Position numbers and translations under genes: made by a program
Assembly: GCF_018977255.1 (NCBI RefSeq)
Contig: NW_024704742.1
Coordinates: forward strand, 88,042,001 to 88,106,000
Source of the DNA: Callorhinchus milii
Taxonomy: Eukaryota
Length of the DNA: 64,000 nucleotides
Direction: 5' to 3'
The notes under the pieces: model-generated
What the model was told of the DNA's origin: nothing
The model's database searches: none
Seen by the model: only the letters and a program-made list of their open reading frames with translations
Shown here: positions 54,828 through 64,000 of the stretch, in pieces
Layout: every line of letters starts with the position of its first letter
Position numbering within the stretch: position 1 is the stretch's first letter

Positions 54828-55150
54828 GGAGTCCTGTAGCTCAGTGGTTAGAGCACTCGCTTTGCAAGTGAGAGACCCGAGTTCAATTCCAGGCAGAGGG
54901 TGAAACCTTGGGCAAGTTTCCTTACTCCACACACCTAATAATAATCCCTCCAAAACCAAAAACAATAACTAAATTGGTCATTTTCAATCTACGACTGTTT
55001 GTGGGACATTGCTGTGCGCAATTGGCTGCCGCGTTCGCCCACAAATATACAGTCAATTCACTTTACAGTGTGTTCTGTGAAGCGCTTTGGGACGTCCTCC
55101 TGACGTGAAAAGTGCTATATCAAATGCAAGGATTATTATTATTATTATTA
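54828..55150 (+). mobile_element. Full-length short-subfamily SINE (reference copy) inserted at the tail of the previous SINE
   Basis: tRNA-Ala(TGC)-like head with A/B boxes, ACCTTGGGCAAGTTTCCTT (CORE-like), Deu box, and tail GGGACGTCCTCCTGACGTGAAA identical to L2 4358-4380. Confidence 0.96.
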
Positions 55151-57104
55151 ACAATTGTGGTTGGGGAAAGAGTCAATCAACCAGTGGTTAAGTCATGCAC
55201 AAATTCATTTAAAACCACCGTTTTCCAGAAAGGTATCAACCTGTATCTATTAATTATTTTTCTCTTAAAATATTTCAGCACTCACCAACCCACAACCAAC
55301 TTGGACAACAGCAGCCTCTGAACGCTGGAAATCTATTTCGACAATAACAGCCTGCAATTACTTAGCGGCCTTCACACTGGGTAGCGTCTCCGAGCGTTGA
55401 AATTATATTATCTCTATTATATGAAAAAAAATTAAATAAGATTTATTCCTATTGGCTCGATTCCAGAAAAGAGCAATCTTGAGACAAAAATAAAGTCACC
55501 ACGTAGCACAACACTTGTCCAGCTAAAACCTTCGGCTTCCAGGGTGGGGAACATACCTACACTTCCAAGCTTCATTGAGGAGTCAGATAATAATAATAAC
55601 AATAAGAGAAAGCTGAACCATAATATCTTGCATTATAGCAGATCTGAGTGGCTTTGCCAGTTCAATCCCCAAAAGATTCCAACTTGTATTTCTATACCCA
55701 GCCCCCACCCACCCCACCCTGAGAGTGTATTCATACGTTTTCCTCCCCTCTACCCCTTCTCCAGCCTACTCAAATAAATTCCTTCATGCTCTGGCACTTT
55801 CCTATCTTTCTGATATCCCACTCCACTGCTCATCCACTCTGCTGGATACAGAGTTTGGTTTGGATGCATTTAAGCATGGTGATGGGTTTCTGCATGTGTC
55901 AGACACCTGACTGACGAAAGTAAAAGCAGAATTTCATGGCTAATTGGAACTCTAATGGTTTTTTCCAACGATACATGGAATATGGATTTACACTGCAACT
56001 GTGAGTTTCCAATCTCAACTCTGTCAAAAAGAGATCAGGTGCCTCTTCAAAAGAGGAAGAGTAGCAACAACAAGAACGTCAGGTAGCTTAGCTCGTGTAT
56101 AACTTCTTGTAAGCAGCAACAACATCAATAATAACAGCCCGCATTTATATAATGCCCTGCACGTAGGATGAACTCACAGCAATTTGTAGATGGATAGAGT
56201 GTTGAGAGGAAAGAGGACATAAAGGTGTTTATCAAAAGCAAGGTCAAAGAGAAGCTTTTAAGAGAGTTTTGAAACCAGGAAGAAGCTAGGTAAAAAGATT
56301 TTAGAGGTGGAAAGAGTTCCAGAGAGCAACTGCAGAGGGGCATTAACAATCAAAGAGAGTACACTGTTCAGAAAAATTTAAAGACAACATAAAAAAAACT
56401 ATTTTGAAATAAGTTGATGCTTGCAATTCAGCCTCAGGATTTAGGTCAACCAAATCTCTAAACTGAGTTACAGTCTTGTAACCCACTCTCGTATACCTAA
56501 CCATTTAATGTGTGGACTTAATTTAATATGCACTCGTATATTAAAGTACACACAATGCCTGCCTCGCATTCTGCTATGCAGTTCAGGGTTAAAGCTCAGA
56601 TATTTACAGACATTGGTTGAATTCATATTTTTCATACCCTATTTTAACAATCTATATTTCATACATATTTTATATTAAAAAGCTATAGCAAACGTAAGAT
56701 CTGTGGCAATCCAATTCTAGATAGAATTACTTTAAGTAACCCAAATTAATTGAGAGACATTCAACATTTTCTCAAATCAGACATTTCATTTTAATGTCAC
56801 CCAGTGCTAAAACTCTGCAGTCTATAGTGCTCGCTCACTGCAAGGAGCATGTTAGCTGATTTTTTTCTCTCAAATTTTATTTCCAATTGCTCCATTCACC
56901 TCTCCTAAAGGCAGGAACATTCTTACAAAAGATTTCAAAAAAAATTTCAATGGATTACAGCACCCGCCACCAAAAAAAAGTCTATTACTCTTGTGCACAC
57001 ATTAAATGGTTGGATATTTGACCATGAAAGCACTGTAGCCAAGCTCCTCTGGCTTGGCAAGCTTGTACACTTGAAATACCTCTTTAGCAAAGGTCACTGG
57101 CTAC

Positions 57105-57477
57105 AATAATAATAATAATCCTTGTATTTGATATAGCACTTTTCACCTCTTCTAGATAATAATAATAATAATAATCCTTGCATTTGATATAGCGCTTTTC
57201 ACGTCGGGAGGACGTCCCAAAGCGCTTCACAGAACACACTGTAAAGTGAATTGACCGTTTATTTGTGGGCGAACGCGGCAGCCAATTGCGCACAGCAATG
57301 TCCCACAAACAGTCATGGATTCAAAATGACCAATTTATTATTGTTTTGTTTTTTTGGAGGGATTATTATTGGGCGTATGGAGTAAGGAAACTTGTCCAAG
57401 GTTTCACCCTGCCAGGAATCAAACCCAGGTCTCTTGCTTGCGAGGCAAGTGCTCTAACCACTGAGCTACAGGACTCC
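57105..57477 (-). mobile_element. Short-subfamily SINE with an extra tail copy (57105-57155)
   Basis: Reverse complement of the consensus; two (TAA)nTCCTTG(C/T)ATTTGATATAGC tails. Confidence 0.94.
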
Positions 57478-58493
57478 ACAGGCTAGAGGTTACTAACAAT
57501 AAGCCGAGCATTTTTCTCCACTCCCAAACCTGGACCAACTCTCAGACCAAAAATAGAACCTGAAACCTTCAGGCTTGCAATGCTCAGTGTCAGACAATAT
57601 GGTACTTTTCCTCAATGTGGCATTACAGGAGCTATTAAATCACATTTTAATCCTCATTAATGAAGAAAAAGGATTTCTACATTACATTGCTGAGGAGGGG
57701 ATAGTGACAATAGAAGCTCTGCTAATTCTATTTTTCTTTGCCAATGTACAGGCAGGGCACAGTAGGTCCAAGAAACTCACTTCAAAGCCTGCATTTTTAA
57801 AAAGAACCAAAACACAGACCCTCAACTCCAGCGTTGGGGTCATTGAGTCATTATTTCTTCTGTTTTCTTTAAAAATCTGGAAGCTTCAATAATAAGAAGA
57901 GTAAGGGGAAAGGAAGAGATTGAACATTTAGTCGTGTATTTTTCATTCCTCCTGCTGTTCCAACATGTATGAATCAACATTGACACAGAAGCACTAATAA
58001 TATCCTTTTTCCATCAAATAAGATAGAATTACATGGTCATGGTGCATAAAACTGCAATTATAATTGGTAATAAGGCCAAATGTAATAGCACCTAGCAGGT
58101 GAAGTGCAGTTGAAATTGTGCTCTCACTAAGGACCAAGGGAAGTAATGTTTTAATAGGTCAAAGGAAATTAGTAGGTTATTCAAGCTATTTGGAAATTTC
58201 ACTTTTGCAAAAGATTTCACAGATTAAGTTCAAGAACCTCTAGCTTCCAAATTTTCTCTCATCTGTTAGATGCTCTAAAAGTTTATAAGTTTATATTTTT
58301 TCCACACTATGGAGAAAAAAAAGTAATTTCCTTATACCATACATTTGAAAGACATAGTTCCTTCCAATGACCCATATTTTATCTGCTGTTATTTAGGGCC
58401 ACAATGGAGTGACAGGCAGTCTTTTCTTACAACCAATAATTAACTCTGCAACTGGCTGCTAGGAGGTCCACAACTTTCCTCAGTATTACTTGC

Positions 58494-58676
58494 CTGCAAA
58501 TTTTATTCCCTCTGTGGGAACCAGTTGTGGCCACCACCTCCCCTCACAGCTTGGATAAGACTGGGAACTTAATGCGTGTGGAGTCAAAGACATGAACCCA
58601 GGCCCTGTGTTTATCAGACACAGTGTAAGTGCGTTTTGCTCAGCAGCTGCATGCATGCAGTTTCTTTCGATTTCAA
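58494..58676 (-). other. Candidate 183-bp exon with GC donor (coding status unclear)
   Basis: Acceptor ttttttctatcctaccttcacctgcAG; donor CAG|GCaagt. Open only in phase 1; phase 0 stops after 20 codons. Confidence 0.3.
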
Positions 58677-59670
58677 CTGCAGGTGAAGGTAGGATAGAAA
58701 AAAAATTGAGGTCACGAAGGCTGCCTGTCTGTGTCATGTCACATTAGTGCCAATCTGCTGTCAATGAATGAAAGGGAGAATTCAAAAGTACTGAAGAAGA
58801 GATAATTAATTAAAGGAGCGACAAAGGGAAGATAACAGATTATAAAAAGTGAAGAAATAAAGACAGAACATTGGAACAGAAAGACTACTTAATGAAGGGA
58901 GGCAAGGAGAAAGAAATAGCAAGAGTGAATTAAGATTAAAGTGCAAAATTAATTAAAGACAGAATAACGACAAGGTGAAAGAGATTGAAAATAAGTGTAA
59001 GAAAAACTGCAAGAACAAATCACGTGATTAAAGAGGAAATTAGATTAAAAAGAACTACATGTGAATAGATTTTTGTTTAAAGACAAGTGCATTTACAGTT
59101 CCAATAATATTGCTGGAGGATTTTTTGTCCACAGAATTAAACAACCCCTCCCCTCCCCGTCCACAAATCCATCAGTCCATCCATTTTAAAACTGAAACAT
59201 CAGGACAATTAATATCAAAGCTGGCACATAAAACAATAGTTATGAAATGTAACTCTTTTCTAAGAGTTTTATATTTTTGTACATAAAACAGAGAGTTACT
59301 CCAACATAGATTTTGACTATAAACGGACAATACAATGCTCTGTATCAAAAGTTCTTGAGTCTTTGAGATGGCACCCTGCAAGAAGGGCGCTATATAAATG
59401 CAAGTTGGTGGCATTGTCTTTGTGTTGTACACCCAATGATACATTCCATACAGAACACAGAGGAGTACCATTTGTTAACAACCTGTGTATACATCTACAA
59501 AACTGTTGATGGCTTTATAGAGATTAATTTAGATTTGTAAAATAAATACAAACATTCCACCAATGGCTCAGTCAATAAATGCACTGCCCAAAGTGAACTG
59601 AGTTCCACAGACTTGAAAAGTCTATGATCCCAATTTGTGTTATTAAGTCTCTCTCAGCTGGGTGGTGGGT

Positions 59671-59985
59671 GGAGTCCTGTAGCTCAGTGTTTAGAGCACT
59701 CGCTTTGCAAGTGAGAGACCTGAGTTCAATTCCAGGCAGAGGGCGAAACCTTGGGCAAGTTTCCTTACTCCACACAGAGCCTAATAATAATCCCTCCAAA
59801 ACCAAAAACAATAATAAATTGGTCATTTTCAATCTACGACTGTTTGTGGACATTGCTGTGCGCAATTGGCTGCCGCGTTCACCCACAAATATGCAGTCAA
59901 TTCACTCTACAGTGTGTTCTGTGAAGCGCTTTGGGACGTCCTCCCGACGTGAAAAGCGCTATATCAAATGCAAGGATTATTATTA
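59671..59985 (+). mobile_element. Full-length short-subfamily SINE
   Basis: Matches 54828-55150. Confidence 0.95.
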
Positions 59986-60091
59986 CATGCTTCTCAGTAC
60001 TACCCAATGACCTCTGGTGGAAGTGAATATGCATGGAGAGGATCAGGATTAACCGTGATACCCCACAATCAAATAGTTTATAAACACTCAC

Positions 60092-60181
60092 CGTTGGGGT
60101 CACACATGAAGAATGGTAACTAGGGTGAGGTATTGGAGGGTGGCCAGCGCCTGTGGAACCGTACCCAGGAATAATCAACAC
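60092..60181 (-). CDS. Internal coding exon, 90 bp, phase 0-0, VLIIPGYGSTGAGHPPIPHPSYHSSCVTPT; gene not identified
   Basis: Very strong acceptor ttatttcttctctttcctgcttctctacAG|G and donor ACG|GTgagt. Length is a multiple of 3, only one frame is open, GC is higher than the flanks and CpGs are retained. Confidence 0.72.
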
Positions 60182-60489
60182 CTGTAGAGAAGCAGGAAAG
60201 AGAAGAAATAATGAGTTAAAACAAATCACATGAAGTTCAGTTGTGTAATACAAAATTCACTCCTGGACTTGATCCTTCACAGTACGTGGTGAGGTTATTA
60301 ATTTAAAGCATTGGAAATGAGCAGAATGTAGGCATTCTTGTTGCAGCAGATATCTTGGAAAATGTCCAGACTAAAAACAGATAAAAACAGACCGGTGCAC
60401 TGCTGTCCTGTGTCATTGCAATGCATAATGGACCTCAAATTAAAGAATGCATGGGTTGTGCACTTATGTTCATGTTGGCTGATCTGACT

Positions 60490-60800
60490 GTGTATTTTGT
60501 AGGCAGATGCGATAGCGAGTGAATTACGTCGGGCAGGGGGAAGGGGGTGCGGTTGTTGGCCAAGACACTGGGAGAAACTCCCTTCACTTTTCAAATAGTG
60601 TCCCAGGCAGACAAAACCTTGGATTAACATTTCTTCCAAAGGACAACACTTCCAACAATGCAGCACTCCCCCCCCTAAGAACATCCTGGAGCATCAGCCT
60701 AGATTGTGAGTTTGTGAGTTCAAAGTTCTGACATGAGGCTTAAATAAACAACCTTCTGACTAAAGACGTGCGAGTGCTGCCAACTGAGCCAAATTGACTC
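60490..60800 (-). mobile_element. Old SacSINE-like DeuSINE
   Basis: GTTGGCCAAGACACTGGGAGAAACTCCC..CAACCTTCTGACT..GAGTGCTGCCAACTGAGCCA. Confidence 0.7.
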
Positions 60801-62083
60801 CCAGAGTAGTGCATTACTAACTGCTTTTATTGAGTGTGTTCCACATAACCACTAATTGTGGGGGGAAAATCCCAATCTCTAGTATCCTTTTAGGTATTAA
60901 CTCTCTTTAATAATGTTCCTGATTATGCCTGCATGATCACATAAACATCCTTATAAATGCCTTGTTTACAACATTCATACTTGTTTTTTAAAAAACTGAA
61001 ATACCCTCACCAATTAACCTTTTTTCTGATGACAAGATGAGCCCTGTGAGTCTCACCTCAAACTTAGACTATTAAGTCCCACCAATAGTTTCACATCACT
61101 TCAAATAGCTCCCCCAAATTTCACACAATATTTCAAACCAGTGACCTATACAAGATTGGAATGACTTTATTTGGCCACAAAGATACACACAGTACATTAA
61201 GTTGACTAATGCATGTGGCCTATTTCAATCCAACCACATTTTGATTTTTTGCTTATACTTGTCTATTCACATTGGCATCCACTACAAAAGGCGAATATTA
61301 ACTACATATGACAAGAAATGAAACAAATTATCTTGTGACATGTAGAAAAGGTTACCCCTCATTACTGATCATAACAATGATGAGTAAAGCCCTGCAGATG
61401 CAAAACAATTATACTGCCTCCAATAAGAAATGCAGCCTACCCTGTTGCTATGAGCCAAGTCATTTCTAGAAACTAAGAGCAGAACAAATATGTTTAGAGG
61501 AGCTTGTGTGCCTTTCATTCTTTTCCTGTCAATCAACTCACCACATGCCTCTTTTCTTTGATCAAATGTTACTCAGTGTGAAGAATTGTGTGAGTGTGTG
61601 TGGACTCTAAAGGTCCAGCAGGCATGCTGATCTTTTTTGTTGATACTGTGATGATGCTACAAAATTTAATACCCTAACTGGACATTATCAAGTTTACTTT
61701 TGGGCACTCAGACCCAGCATAGGGTTTGGGTGCTAAACGGTTGCATTTTTATACATTTATAACAGAGAATTCCCAATTTGAAAACAGAATATCTTCTTCA
61801 TGGTTTATCTTCCCAGTACATGAAAAAAATTATGTACTTTAACTCAGATTATGCTATCATATTATATATCGTGCAGTGTTAATGAGGCATATTGCACCAA
61901 TAGAGGTGGCATGATGAGTATACAGAGAGCTAGCCAAGTGAAGTTGTTTTTCAAACAAATACATTTTTTGCTTGCCAGGCTGATGGAGGAGGAATATTTT
62001 TTTAAAAAAGGTATTTTCCTCCTGCTGCTTGGTTACAGGAATGGATCTGATCTGCCTTTCCTGGTTATTTTGTTGGTGTAAGT

Positions 62084-62301
62084 CAGTGGTGGCCAATCCC
62101 AGGCCTGTGGGTCACTTTTGGCCCATGACAGCATAAAAAAAAGCCCACTGAACATTCAAACTAGTCTAGGTAAGTCTGTGTTAAATCAATATTTTGTTTT
62201 CAGTAGTTAATGAGTAACAATATTTATGGTATGGCCATTAATCAAGAAATATTCAATCAAGAAAAATGTATTTGGTTGGCCGACCAAAAAGCCGACCACT
62301 G
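62084..62301. mobile_element. hAT MITE, 218 bp
   Basis: Ends CAGTGGT(GGC) and GCCGACCACTG; perfect 8-bp TSD GTGTAAGT at 62076-62083 and 62302-62309. Confidence 0.85.
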
Positions 62302-62817
62302 GTGTAAGTGGTACAGTTTTGTATGCAACTTATGGCGAGCAGTCTAGTGCAGAGTAATAAACACAGTCACTCCATTTTACAGTATATTCCGCAAAGCACT
62401 TCATGAGACATCTCAATGACATGATAAGGTGCTATACAAATGGAAGGATTATTTAAATTTCCTGGCACTCTAGAAAGGTGTATGATCAGATCCAATTTAT
62501 TGGGCTGTTTTTTGACTGTGCCAATGTCCTAAGTTTGTCTCAAATACTTGAAATATTCTGCCCGACACCGCAACAATGATGGTGAATCATACTCCATTTG
62601 AAATTCACCTCTACCCTTTGTGTGGGGATCTAGCCTGCCTGTAGCATTTCTGTTCAGTTTGGCTACTCAGGGGACTTGCATTTCATTCAGTTATGCAATT
62701 GACTAATGCAATATGAAACAAGCAAGTAGATCATAGCCAAGTTAACAAGTCAGTTTGGAAAATAGGGGTAAAATATATCCTTATGGGGTTCCAATATAGT
62801 AATGGCTCTAAATAATA

Positions 62818-63176
62818 TATAATAATAATCTTTGCATTTGATGTAGTGCTTTATCATGTCTTTGTGACGCCTCAAAGCGCTTCACAGAATATACTGTAAA
62901 GTGAATTGACTGTATATTTACGAACAAAGTGCAGCCAATTTTGCACAGCCGTGTCCCATACCAGTTGTTGAGTGACCAATTTTTTTTAAAAAAGGAACTA
63001 TTACCCCTGGAAAAGTGATCCATGATCAACCAACAAATGGTTTCCTACTTAATGCTAGGTAAACAGAGGTGTGTGGAGTAAGGAAACTTGCCTTACATTT
63101 TGTCCTGCCCAGGAATTGAACCCAGGTCCTCTTGCTTGCGAGGCGAGCATACTAACCACTAAGCTGCAAGACTCCA
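62818..63176 (-). mobile_element. Full-length long-subfamily SINE
   Basis: Reverse complement of the 54480-type element, including GCTAGGTAAACAGAGGTGTGTGGAGTAAGGAAAC. Confidence 0.92.
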
Positions 63177-64000
63177 CATTATCTAATCCCTTCAGAATTG
63201 TTTTTAAAGTATTTTCTCCTCAGAAACTGTAGAAAATAAACATTATTATATACATGTACAGTATAAACACACGCACAGGATTTTTGGTGACATTGTCTCT
63301 GATTAATGACCACTGAGATCATGCCATATTGGATTTTAAATTCTCTGGTTTCTTCTATTTGGAGGCTCACTTTATTTTCTTCTCCTTTCTCCCCTCACAT
63401 GATTCTCCATACAATGTAGTGTCTGGCCAAGAGGATGGGTGGCAATCTTGTTCTCAGAACATAGTTAATGACCCTCTGGGCTGGACTAGCTGCCTGTTAA
63501 GCAGAGGAGTTAAGCCAGTTGGAAAGGCCATTTCTTTCCCCATTTGGAGGCAATGGGGAATCTGTTCTGTAACTCCCCATACAGCACAGCTTTGATAGAA
63601 ACCCAGCAGGGGCAGAATTGGGCAAATGCCACATTACTCTGAGGGACAGCACATTAGTGCTTCTATCAGTAGATGGATTGATAGGACCCCACCCCCACTG
63701 CTGAATTATGTTGGTAGCTTAAAACCACTGGTGTTTGAGTGAAGAATGAAACGGGAGTTTCGCAGTAGCTACAAATTCTTTCAAAAGTCATTTCACATTA
63801 CACATATTGCACTGCTGAGGAGGGAGGTTTTAAACAACTGAGAAATCACATTTTTATATAAAGGAAGATCCCAGGTGTTAAAATTACTTTTGACACCAGT
63901 GTAACTACTGATTACGCGAAAACAATATTTAACATATTATGCCACCCTGGAAGCGGCGATAAACCCATCTTCACGCTGGCTTCAGACAGAATAAAAAAAC

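Noticed and set aside
54828..54900. tRNA-Ala(TGC)-like genes at SINE heads
   Set aside because: No complete acceptor stem; always fused to the SINE body

Overview
Repeat-rich, AT-rich vertebrate genomic DNA with no prokaryotic features. The mix of L2 and CR1 LINEs, tRNA/CORE/Deu SINEs with L2 tails and SacSINE-like DeuSINEs suggests a cartilaginous fish, probably a chimaera (inference). Most of the ORF track is transposon debris or chance. The window looks like the intron-rich interior of a large minus-strand gene: one well-supported 90-bp exon (60092-60181) and weaker candidates (9261-9584, 58494-58676). I cannot name the gene. Repeats include about 15 copies of a tRNA(Ala)-head SINE in two subfamilies, several L2 and CR1 copies (one 6.6-kb nested cluster with a ~460-bp perfect TCTA array), a dead mariner resembling Galluhop, and hAT and pogo-type MITEs. 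A poly(A)-tailed APE-RT-CCHC LINE that is neither L2 nor CR1 occurs as one near-full-length copy plus about 6 3' fragments. The most notable items are that LINE, a long inverted repeat whose 52-bp core pairs fully only on the minus strand, tail-only L2 micro-insertions, and inverted SINE pairs bracketing the candidate exons. I found no clear novel multi-gene system. Coordinates of old repeats are approximate.
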